Shown: one piece after another, positions 32,901 to 44,900 of the stretch | Numbering within the stretch: the first letter of the stretch is position 1 | Layout of the letters: every line of letters starts with the position of its first letter | Source: Candidatus Omnitrophota bacterium | GTDB lineage: Bacteria > Omnitrophota > Omnitrophia > Omnitrophales > Aquincolibacteriaceae | Reading direction: 5' to 3' | Length of the DNA stretch: 64,000 nucleotides | NCBI GenBank assembly: GCA_035352955.1 | Contig: DAOPYQ010000001.1 | Coordinates: forward strand, 101,536-165,535 | Program-made: the position numbers and the translations under genes | Notes under the pieces: generated by a model | What the model was told of the DNA's origin: nothing | Database searches by the model: none | Seen by the model: only the letters and a program-made list of their open reading frames with translations

Positions 32901-35900
32901 CCTTTTCCGTCCGTCGGTTCGGGGCAGACGCAGGGATATCTGTTCACGCTCCGGGACCTGAAGCGGATCATGCGGAGCGCTGAAGAGATCCTTAGCCAGG
33001 GGAGCCGTTCGCCACCCGAGGCCCTGGTGGTCCAGCAGGCGTACCTGGAATATCTCGGCGTGCTCGGCCGAAGCGACGACGAAGTGAAACATCTTCTCCA
33101 GATCTTTAAATTCCCAGAATTTTTCCCGTCGTTCGATCCCGACCAGCTCAATCTCTCGTTCGAGGAAACCCGGAACGCCCGCGGCCGGAAGGTCATCCGG
33201 ATCGGCGGTTTCGAGATCGAAGAGCGCGACTATGACGGCAAAGGACCCTCGAATGAAGCGGACGTCATTGAAGCGCTTGAGGAAGGTCCGCTGACCAATT
33301 TGATCCGCATTGCGATCGTGAAAGGTCTGTTGGACCCACGAAGCCCCGTGATGGCGGTCGGCCAATCCGGCGGCGGGAAAACCGAAATGATCGGGGATGT
33401 CTGCCGGCGGCTCGGATGGAAATACCGGTCTGTGTCGCTCGGGAACGCGTCGCTTGAAAGGTTGATCGGAGGCTATGAGCGGGATCGGGAAACGAAGATC
33501 TTCCGGTATATGGTCGGCGAACTGGTTCGGGCCATGGAGGACGGCGCGGTCTTTGTGCTTGAAGAAGCCAATATGGCGAGTTCGGGGCTCGTGGAAATCC
33601 TGAACGAATATTTCGATGAGGGAACATTCACCAATCCTTTGACGGGGCGGAAGGTTGTGATCCACAAGGATTTCCGCCTGTTCGCCACGATGAATCCGGA
33701 GGTCGGTGTGACCGGGTCGAATGCCGGCCGCGTGGGATTCTCCCCGGCGCTCCGGAGCCGTTTCAAGGAGGTCTGGGTACCGCACGTCAAGACCTCCGAC
33801 GAGACAAAGCGGATCATTCGTAAAAAATTCACAAATCAGAAGATGAAGGTTTCCGACAAGACCGTTGAACAGCTTTATTCGATCTACGAGATGTTCCGAA
33901 CCTACGTGGAAGGATTCAATGATGAGACCGGTCTGTTGCATCCCGCCCGCATCGGCCAGGTGAACAACGAAGGCTACTACACCAGCTTGCGCGATATGGG
34001 AAAGATCGCGGACATCATGGTCCAGGACATGCGGCGTGGCGTTCCAGAATCCGAGGCTCTCCGCTATGCGGTCAAGCGTATCTATTATCTCCGGTTAAAT
34101 TGCGAGGAGGACCGAAAGGTCGTGCGGGAAGAGATCCTTGCCGGTCTGGACATGACGCCGATGGAATACCGATGGAGCCTGGAGGGGGCCGAGTATGTGA
34201 TCCGTCGCGGTCCGATCGAAGTGGCCCGCGTGTCCGCCGAGCTTCTCAAGAAAAAACATTTTGTCCTGACGGGTCCCGCGAAAGAAGAGATGGGTTTTCT
34301 GATCGAAGCGATGAGCCGCGGCCCCGGGTTCAAGCGGTCGTTCAATCCTGTCATGCTTTTCGGTGAAACGAGCGGTGGCAAGTCGACCATGATCGAGATC
34401 GCCGCGCACATTTTCAGGAAGAAGTTCAGACGTATCCAGATCAATCAGCGGACCGACGAATACGATCTCCTCGGAAGCTATCATCCCGTCGAGATGAAGC
34501 TCAGCCTGGCGCGCAGCCTCGAGGTCTTCCAGGAGAACCTCCGGAAGAAGAACTATTCCAAGATCGCGAAAGCGCTCCGGGTCTTGAAGAAGGACGTCCG
34601 GCTCTCGCTTCATCTTACGGAAGATGAGAAAGTGAGCGATGCCGAACTTTTCCAGCGCTTCCTCGACCAATACATCCTGCCCGGCGTGAAGCGAGAAGAC
34701 TCTACCGTCATCGAGGAGGCCCGTAAACTCGCGGTCCTGATCCATAACGGAGTGGCCGGTATCGACCTGGTCCACCAGACGGGATTTTTCCTTGAAGCCG
34801 TCGGGAACCGGGACGAAGGGATCCCGGGCCGGATCGTGCTTCTTGATGAGGTCAACCTTGCCAACGAGGAATCCATCGGGCTTCTTTACCAGATCCTCAC
34901 GCTCGGTTATATGGAATACCAGGGCAAGCGTATCTATCCCGGCGACGGCTTCCAACTCGTGACGAGCGGCAATCCGTTCACCTATTCCGGCCGCAACCGG
35001 ATGAGCGAGGCGTTCATGAACCGGTTCGAGATGCATGTGATCCCGGAGATGACGCCCCAGGAAATGGTCCAGATCCTTTGGGAAGGTTATGATCTGCAGG
35101 CCAAAGGGATCTCGCAGAACGCCTTGCAGGAGATCGTCGCCCTGCAGGTGAGGATCCATGAAGAAAGCATGAAACACTCATTCGATGGGTTCAATCTGGA
35201 CAACACTTACCGTTTCACGCTCCGCAACCTTGAGAGGATCGTCGAAGACGCACTGAAGCGGAAAACCGTCGAATCTTCCCGGAGCGCCGACGAGTGCCTC
35301 TGGGTCGAGGCCTACATCGAATACGCCGGGCTGCTGAGCCAGTCGAACGAGGATGACAACGCCGAAAAGAACAATATCGCGACGCTGAAAGGCCTTTTCC
35401 ACGACACCTTGCTCCGGGAAGGCTATGCCGTGCTGGGCAAGAAGATCGAATCGGGCAAAAAAGAAGAGCTGGAAAAACTTCTCGGCGTGCTCGGGATCCT
35501 GACTGAAAAAAAGACGGTCGACGATATGAAAGCGCAACTTAAGGAGATCCTCGCCTGGTCCCTTGGCGGCAATCTCGGGGCGACCTTGCAGGTCCTGAAG
35601 CTGGTGGAGGCCGTCACGGGCAAGCCTTATCAGCCGTGGTATCCGGACAGGGATCCGCTTTTCATGGAATTCCGGAAGATGGCCGTGACGCAGGAAGGGC
35701 AGACCGAGTGGGCCGAACTCGGAGGGGTCCGTGTCGCGAAACTTTCGGCTTCCGAGATGCTCGAAAGTTTTCTTAAAGAATTCGGGACCGATACGGAAAG
35801 CGGGCTTTTGAAAGGACCGAACGGAGAGGCCTTGGAGGCTTTCGACGGGAACAGCCAGAAGTATATCTTGCAGCAGATCCAAGGTATTGCCGTCCGCCGG

Positions 35901-38900
35901 CTTAAGCAGGAAGGCGGGAATCTCAAGGATCTGTTGCGTCAGGAGGTCCAGAAATGGATCGCCGGGCAGCTGGAAGGTTTCCGTCTGCCGCCCGGTTATA
36001 TCGAAGGGCTCTTGCGCAAACATTTTTACACGCAGGCGGAAAGGATCGAACAACTTGTCGAATTGAGATCGACCCTGATCCCGCGCATGCAGATCATGAA
36101 AGGTTTCCGCGACGGTGGCGTGGTCCAGACGGAGGACACCGAGGGCAATCCGGTCGCGATCCACAAGTCGCGCCCCGTCAATGAGATCGGGCAGTCCGGC
36201 GGAGGGAAGACCGAAATGGTCGCCGACATCGCGCGGGAACTGAACTGGCCGTACATGTCGGTCGCGCTCGGCGCCGCGACCGTGGAATCGCTCGTGGGCG
36301 AATTCGTTCTGAACGACCAGACGGGCGCTTTCGAATTCCGGAAAGGGATCCTTGTTCGCGCGATGGAAGAGGGCGCGGCGCTTGTGCTCGAGGAACTCAA
36401 TATGGCCGAGAGCGGCGTGATCGAGATCCTGAACGAATATTTCGATCGCGGGGTCATGACGATCCAGGGCCGCAAGATCTCGGTGAAGATCCACCGCAAT
36501 TTCCGCCTGTTCGCGACGATGAATCCGACGGAAGGCCGTACCGGGAAGAATGCCGGCCGGATCCCGCTTTCGCCGGCCTTGAGGAGCCGGTTCCGCGAGA
36601 CATGGGTCCGCAGCGAGCGCACGAAAGCGGAGCAGTACCGGATGGCGCTTGGAGGCATTCGCGATCTTGTGAACGGTTTGATGGAACGCGGGATCCCCGA
36701 GGAGTCCGAGGACGCCATGGGGATCCTGGAAGAAAACCTGACGCGGCAGAAGATCGCCGAAAGGTCCGGTCTCCGCAATCTTCCCAAAGGGAGGGACAGT
36801 ATCGAGGACGGGGTCACGGTCGAAGCGGTTCGCCCCGTCACGGCGCGCCCGGCCGCGCGTTCCCCGTCCGCACCTGCCGTGAGCATGGCCGCTCCGGCCG
36901 GCGAGCCTGCCGTCAAGATCCCGACCAAAGGAGAATGGGAACGGCTGCACCTGGAGGAGAGGAAAAAACTTTATGAAGACACGTTCTCGATCATTACCGG
37001 AAAAGCGGACATCAAACTGGTGGCCGGCAAGGGCTGGTCGTGGGCGCCTGCCAGTCATGTTCTGACTTACGATGAAAAAGACATTGAGAACCTGAGCCTG
37101 AATGCTCTTCTCGGCGTCGGGATCCATGAAGCCATGCACCGTATCGGGACGCGGTACCTTTCACTTTTCTGGGAGTTTTTCGACGAGCACGGAATCGAGA
37201 GCCGCGTTTTCAATACGCTCGAGGACGGGCGCATCGAGAACTGGGGGCGTTTCCTTTTCGGCGGGGCCGCCACGCCTTTACGCGCGACTAATGACGAAGT
37301 CGTGTTCGGGAAAGTAAAAGACGTGGACGAAATGGTGGAGCGGTTTGTGTTCCGCCAGAAGGACAAGGAGGGCAACGTTGTCGAACTTTCCTACACGTCC
37401 GCGATCATTAACTTTTTTCTCTATCTCGGCAAACGGGGTTCGGATGCCAACGCTCCCGAAGTCATCGAAAAGTTCCTGAAGGCTTTCGAGAAACGGGACC
37501 CGCAGCTTCGCAGGGACCTCGCGGGGCTGCTTCAGGCAGGGTATTTTGGAGGCGGGCGCGACGAGGATATCCTGAACCCGCCCAACCAGAACCGGGTGTC
37601 GGGCGTTTTCTCTAAACTTCCGATGAAAAGGAACGAATTCGGGACTTACGAGTTCGACGCCAACCCGGCGGGAACGACGGTCGAGAATCTGGCGATCGAA
37701 CAGGGGATCATCATCCGCGAATGCATCATGCCCATTGTTTATAAATGGGCCGTCAAGGATCTTGCGGACGTTCCTTCGGGAAAAGGGAAAAAAGGTAAGG
37801 GCGGAAGGGAAGTTATCCCGCGGAAATCTTCCGGGGGTGGCGGGGAAGATGACAGCGATGGGGACGACGGGGGCGAAAGCGATGGGGAGAGTGAACCCGG
37901 CCAACCGGCTGATGGATCCCCCAAGGATTTCAAGCCTGGAAAGCCGGCAAAGGGCGGTCAGCCCGTGAAGCCGATGACCCCGGCGGAGTGGAAAGCGATC
38001 TGGGACAAGCTCTCCAACGAAGACAAGAAAAAGTTGACGGACAAGATCGACAAGGGCGTCGAGCACAAGGCCCAGGACCGTACGGCCAAGGATTCCAAGG
38101 ATTACCAGAAGGCCCAGCAGGACGCCGAGATCGGAAAGCCGATGAGCGAGCGCGATCGTTTGATGGGACTCCTCGGGCGTATGATCACGGAACTTTCGGG
38201 GTACCTGCGCGACATCATCCAGAATTCCGTCCGTCCGAAAGAGATCACCGGTCTCAAGCGCGGACGTATTGACGTCCGGCGTCTGATCAACTCCATGGCG
38301 CGCGGATTCACGGACATGCGGTTCTATAAGCAGCGGATCCTTCCGCAAAAAAAGAACGTTAAGTTCACGATCATCGTGGACGAGAGCGGCAGTATGTCCG
38401 GCATGGAAGAACCCGGCAAGAAAGTCGAGATCAATACGCCCCAGAAAGGGTACCGGACGCTGATGGGCGTGACGCTTCTCATGGAGGTCCTGGAATCGCT
38501 CGGGATCGATTTCGCCGTCCGCGGTTATCACGACACGACTTGTCTCCACAAACGGTTCAAGAACCAGAGGATCCCTTCGGACAAGAAAGACCAGTACCTG
38601 GAAGCGGGGCAGGATGCCGTTCAGGACGGCTATACGACGAGGCGGGACAAGGAAAGTTTGATCGATCTTCTCCGCCAGAGCATCGGTCGCGGCGGGAACA
38701 ACGAAGGGCCGGCGCTGGAAGCCGCGATCCGGGACGCCGGGGAGGCGGGCGGTGAGCGGCACTATATTATTATCCTGACGGATGGCATGGGCGATGAAGA
38801 GGCGATCAAAAAGCATGTCGCTCAGCTCCGGCAGGCGAATGGTATGGTGAACGGGACCAAGGTGGAATTGATCGCCATCGGCCTCGGGAACGATTGCGAA

Positions 38901-41900
38901 TCGGTGATCAACAATTACGGCGGACGATACTCGATCTGGCTCAAGGATGACGAGGTCCAGAAACTTCCGGCCGAACTCAAACGCATTCTCCAGGAAGTGA
39001 TCCGCGGTGTTTTTCAACCCGGCGCGCCCGGCGCGAACCGTTTTGAGAATATGGCCCGGGGCTTCAGCCTTGCCGGTGTGGCCGGCATGGTCGGCGCATC
39101 CCGCGTCCGTTCGGAACTTCGCGCTTCCGAAAAGGTCCCCTCTCTCTCCGGCGCCGAAGACGAGGGGCTTGGCGAAGATCAGAAAACATGGTTCCGTTCT
39201 TTGCAGTTCAGGAGTCCGGAGGAGCGTTCGGAACTTCTCAAGGTGATCCGGGACAGCCATTTTTATTATGAAGATCTGGTGGGCGAGACCCCGGGGGGAA
39301 GCCCTGATTTTCAATACAAGTTCGGGGATGGTCTGCCGATCCTTCAAACGTTTTGGGAATCGGAATCTTTTACAACACTTCCGGATTCGCGAGAAAGGAT
39401 CCTGGTCTTGAGGCTCTTTGACGGGATTTTGAATACCGGGGATTATTTTATGATCCAGCAGGCTGCCAGGATCCTGGAGCGTTTGGTGGGTCCTGAAATT
39501 CTCGGAAAGGTTACGGACCCTCAGGAAAGGGTCCTCGCCCTGGAAGTGACTGCGGATATCCTGGTCCAATCGAGCGTTTACAGTCCGTGGGGTAATACAA
39601 TATCCCGAAGTGAAACCGTTATGGATTCTTTCCTGTATTTTTTAAGCACCTATTATCCGGAGATAAATAAAAATTTCGAAAAGAACGCGGAAACTTGGGG
39701 CTTTTTCCGGGAAATCATCCGTGCGGGGTATGAGCCCGAGCGAAGGTTTGAAGAAACCAGCAGGGCTTTTGGCATGCTGGGCAAGTTAATGGACTTGGCA
39801 GGTTTTGAGCGGGTTGGCGGACCGGAAGCGAAAAAGAGGGTTCTGGGCGTTGTGAAAGATATCCTGGTTTATTCGCAGCCAGGATCCCAAGAGGCGTTCG
39901 AAGCTTTAAGGACCTTGCTTGGAGGTCAAGGTTTCGGCTCGATCCAGGATCCGGACGAACAGGGAGTGGTGCTTGAGATCCTTTGCGCCGTTCCGTTTCT
40001 GGCCCGCGAGCGGGCGGACGCGTACTTCCAGAGATTCGATCAAATGCTTTCATGGGCTTCCGGTGGGGCCGCGAGCTTTCATGAAAAACGTTTTAGGGAG
40101 ATCCTTCTCGAGTTTTCTTCCCGGCCCCGGTCTGCCGAAGCGGCAGAGAACGCCTGCCAGAAGATCATCCAGCTGGCAGATCAAAGCGCAGCCCGTGAGA
40201 CACGAGGGGAACAAAGCCCGGTTCCCGAGCCTCAAGCCCTGCTTGCCGGCAGGCAAAGTTCTGTTCTTGAGAATAAGGAAGGGAAGTTGTGGTTTGAAAT
40301 TCCAACGACGGATGACGGAGATCGGATGGCGGAGGACGGACGGCTAAAGGCAAAAGGTTTTTCGACATCCGACATCCGTCCTCCGCAATCCGTAAGCGAA
40401 GATGTCAGCCGCGCAGAGCGCAACGCGCAACGCACAACGAAAAACGGAGATTCAACGTTGACCGTTGCGCGTGGCACGTCGAACGCGGACGAAATCCGCC
40501 GTGCCGAGCTCCGCATTTCCGGGATTCCTATGATCCCTCTTGACCGTTACCAATGGTTTAATGCCGATACAAATGAAGAGCATAAGGCCGAGCTTCGCCG
40601 GAAAGTCGCCTTGCTTGAAAACGAACTTCGCCGTTATCAGGGGGATGAACTTAGAGAAGCTCTGCGTTGTTTCAAAGACTGGTTCGCTTCAAAGGATTGG
40701 ACCGCCGCCGGGGTGGATTATGAGCAACGATTAAAGATGCTGGAGATTGCGGTGAACCTGCAAATCCATGTTTATCCGGGAATGGTCTATAGTGATGGAA
40801 GGCCTGCTTTTGACCATGAGAAGCTGAAGCCTTTCTCGGCTTTTCTGAAAAGCGACGCCTTTCGGCAGATCGTCGATCCCGCCGAGCGGCAAAGGGTGTT
40901 CGGCGTGCTCGCGGACATTCCTCCGCGTGCCGGGGATGCTGCGCCTAAAGCTTTCAAGGCCCTGGAAGCGTTTCTTGGCAGAGCAGGGTTTTCCGGAAGG
41001 GTGGACCCTTCGGAAAGAACGCGCATGCTGGAGGTGTTCCGGCAAACGGTGCTGGATATTTCGAATAAAAATGTGAAAGGTGATGCGTTTGCGGGGCTTG
41101 AAGCTCTGAATCGCATCAAGGCCGTTTCGGATCTTGCGGATCCGGCCAGCTTAAAAAAGATATTCGATCTTTTTTGGGAGATCGGCCGCACGCGGGATTA
41201 CTGGAAATGTGACTCTTTCGAACCGTTGGCGCAATTTCTCGCCTCGGATGCAGTACGCGGGATCAAGCATTTCGAGGATCTGTGCGCAATTTTTGACATT
41301 TGCAAAACACTTGTTGATTTAGGGATCAAAAACCGGGCGGCGGCATTCTGGGGTCTCGAAGGGTTTCTCAGAACGCAGGATTTTTCCATGCGGGAGGACG
41401 CGGTTCTTCGGGGGATTCTTTTGAAAGAATTCTCCGGGATATTTGCCCTTGTCGGGAATGTTGGAGGTTACTATTCGGATGAGCGGTCCGGTGCCTTGGT
41501 CGCTTTGGGGGATTTTTTTAACAGAAAATGGGGATTTGAACGGCTCGAGACGAACAGAAAGGTGATCGATCTTTTGGGAATGATCTTGCCCGGTCTGGCG
41601 GATGAAGATGTGCGCGGATGGATCGAAGCGTTTGGCCTGGATATTTCCGCGATCAGCCATACGGAATCCCTGAAGGGAGAGCCTATGGTAAATATCCTTC
41701 AGGAATTTTCTCAAGGAGCGGAAAGCGTTACGGGAGCTGAGGAACGCAAGGCCTTGGCGCAGGCGGCGGCGGAGAAGATCCGGGCGTTGGCAGATCATGC
41801 CCAGGCGCGCGCGGCGCGCGGGGAAGCGCATGACGCGCAACGCGTCGCGAACGGCGCGCAACGAGGAGTCGAAGGGAAGTTGTGGAACCAAACGGCGGAG

Positions 41901-44900
41901 AGACGCAGTGAAGTTCGCTCGGGACAGGGGGAAGAAACTCAGAAAACGATCAATTTGAAGAAAAAAGATTGGTTGGGGCGGTACGACTGGTACAAGCGGA
42001 TCTCTTCGCAGGACGAGAAGAAACGGACCGGGAACCTTGTCCGGGACGTATCCCTTGAGGTCTGGAGATATGCCAGCCGGGAGAAGCCGACCAATTTCGA
42101 TCCTCTGTGGCGGTTGCTTGGGAGCGAAGGATTCGGCCGGATTACGGATTCGAAGGAGCGGGAAGAGCTTCTGAACGTTTTTCTCAAGATCATGAAAGAG
42201 ATCTTCGAAAAACGGTATGTGGACGAAAGAGCGAATCTGGCCTTTCCCAAAGAGAATAAAGATCATGCGCTTGAAGCGTTCGCGTCATTTCTCGGCAGTT
42301 CGGCGTTCAGCCGGACCACGAATCCGAAAGAACGGTTGAGAATGCTGGGCCGTGCCCGGTCGATCCTGATGCGGTTCGCGCAGTATGAGCCGCATGACCG
42401 GACCGTCGCTTTATCAAACCTCGAAGAGTTTTTCAGGAGCAATGGTTTTAACAAGGACCTGAGCCCGGCGGAGCAGGGGAAGGTCCTTCAGCTTCTGGGG
42501 ACGCTTCCTCAATATACCCGGGGAGGCCTTGATCACGCTATTTTGGCTTTGTGGGTGATGATCGAAGGCGCGGGTTTTTCGGGGATCATGGGGTCCGGGG
42601 AGCGGATCATCGCGTTGAAGAAGTTCGGTGCTACTGCGGCCGGATTGCCGCGGTATGAAAAAGCCGGGTGGAACGATGTGACCCGCCGGGGGACGGAATG
42701 GGAGGTTTATGCGGCTTTGCGGGAATTGCTTTCCAGCGGGTATTTTAACCGGATCAAGGACTCTGCGGAACGGATAAAAGTGTTCGACGATTTTGCCGCG
42801 CTGGTCAATATCGCTGCGGTGGGTAAAGAGGAACGGCCGGACCTTGTGCTGGAGGTTTTTCGACATATTTTTCAGGGCGCCTTGTTTACAGAGACTGCAG
42901 ATCCCGGTGAACAGAGGATCGTCTGGGGAATCCTCCGGAAGCTCGCGGCGTACCGGAACGCTTACCAGGTAACGGATGATTTGGCGGATCTGCTGAACGG
43001 TGACGGGCTGAAGGCCGTGGTCCTTCGCGAAGAAAGAGCTTTGATCTGGGAGATCATTAAACCGCTCGCACAGGATGCCGAAAAAGACGGCGGTTGCAAT
43101 TTCTTCCGGGCTCTCAACACGCTGCTTTCCGGAAAAGGATTTCAACAGACGAAGGCCCCGTCCGAACGGTTGGGGGTCCTTCGTCTTGCCGGCCTGCTTT
43201 TAGATCCGGAAGATGACGAGATCGATCATAAGATGAAAGATCTGTCGGAGGCGCTGGTAGAACTTCAGGACGCATTGCAGGAGGGCGTAAGAACGGCAGA
43301 CCTTCCGGCGCTCTTGTCGGATCTTTTTGAAAATGCGGCGTACGTTCGTAGCAGGAAAGAAAAACTAGCGTTGGCGGTGAGCGCATGGCGGCAGATCATC
43401 CAGAGCGCATCTCAGGGCTTATCCCGTATCGATCGCGGGGAACCGCAGGCCGCGCAACGCGCAACGCACACCCCACAGGGGCTGGGCACAGGACGCCCTG
43501 GCGCGCAACGAGAAGAGGAAGGGAAGTTGTGGCTTGAAACGGCAAAACCGGAGGACGGAAAACGGATGACGGATGGAGTAAAGCCTGGTTTTTCGACATT
43601 CGACATCCGTCCTCCGAAATCCGTAAGCGAAGATGCCAGCCGCGCGGAGCGCAACGCGCAACGCACAACGAAAAACGGAGATTCAACGTTGACCGTTGCG
43701 CGTGCCGAGGTCCGGGGCGGGCGGATGCCAAAAGAAAAAGCTTTCGATCAAGTCAAGCGGATCGCGGCGATGTATCAAATGATGCAGTCCAGTTCGGAGA
43801 ACAAGGTTCCCGGGACCCTTTCGCCGGATAATCGCTACTATATTCCTTATCTGTCGGAGCGGGTGATCGATATCCTGACGGGGCAGGAACTTCCGCTTTC
43901 CAAACAGCTTTCATTTGCCCGTGCGAGCGAAACGGTCTTTTCGAAGGACGGGCGTTTTCTGGCCGCAGTCGATTGTTCATCCCCGCTATTTCCATTGAGA
44001 AAGCCGGGGATCGCGGAGATCTACGATCTTGAGACCCTGCAAACATCGGTCGCCCGGCTCCAGAGCAAGCCGCTACGAGAGGATGGGCGCCCCGTGTGGA
44101 TCTCCCGGGAGAACCGTTACCTGGTCGTCCACTACCTTGATTCCACCACAGAAGTATTCAGGATCGAACCCGGCGCGGCAGAACTCACGAAGGTTGAGGG
44201 CCTTGGTGAGAATGTGTATGAGATGGATATCTCAGAGGATGGTACCTGGTTTCACATGCCTTATTTTTTAAGGGACAACAAAGCGCGCTCGATCGATCTA
44301 TTGAACGGTAAGGAATATCCGGTTGCGGCGGGGCGGACAGCCGAAATCGTTCCGTGGCGGTACGGAAGCGCGGTCGTCTTCCTCCCTAAGGAACACGGAA
44401 ATCCGATGCGGCTTCTTGACCGGAAAACCGGGAAGGATATTGCCGATCAGGTCGGTCCTTATTCGGGCGTGGTTGTTCACTCGCCGGACGGCAGGAAGCT
44501 ACTTCTCCGCGGAACGGGGCATGCGCTCAACCTGGTCGTGAATGAGAACGGCGTCTGGAAGAAGACAGCGCTTGCACTGAAGACGAGATCGTCGACGGAG
44601 CCGGTCGCGGTCTTTTCGGAAGACGGGCGCCGGCTTGCCGTCGCGGACATCGAACCCGGTTTTATTCTTGTCTACGATGCGGACAAGACGGACAAAAATC
44701 CGGAGCGTTACTCGATCTGTCCGACCCCGAACGAGATCTTTTTCCCGGAGCGGATCGTTTTTGTGGCGGGGCAAAAAAGACTGCTCATAAAGATCGGCGT
44801 CAAGGGGGCCATCCGGAGCCCGCAGTGGCTGTACGCGTCTCTTTCACGGGAGAACGTCGCGTCCTCCTTTTGGATTACCGATAAAACTCATGACGGTGTT

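Noticed and set aside
27813-39569. Long minus-strand ORFs inside giant gene 1 (for example 27813..29978 at 721 aa, 31782..33941 at 719 aa, 35178..37139 at 653 aa and 37278..39569 at 763 aa)
   Set aside because: These are antisense to a region with clear, motif-rich + strand coding (Walker A/B, MIDAS). Their products are Arg/Pro/Gly-rich low-complexity sequence, as expected when GC-rich coding DNA is read on the wrong strand.
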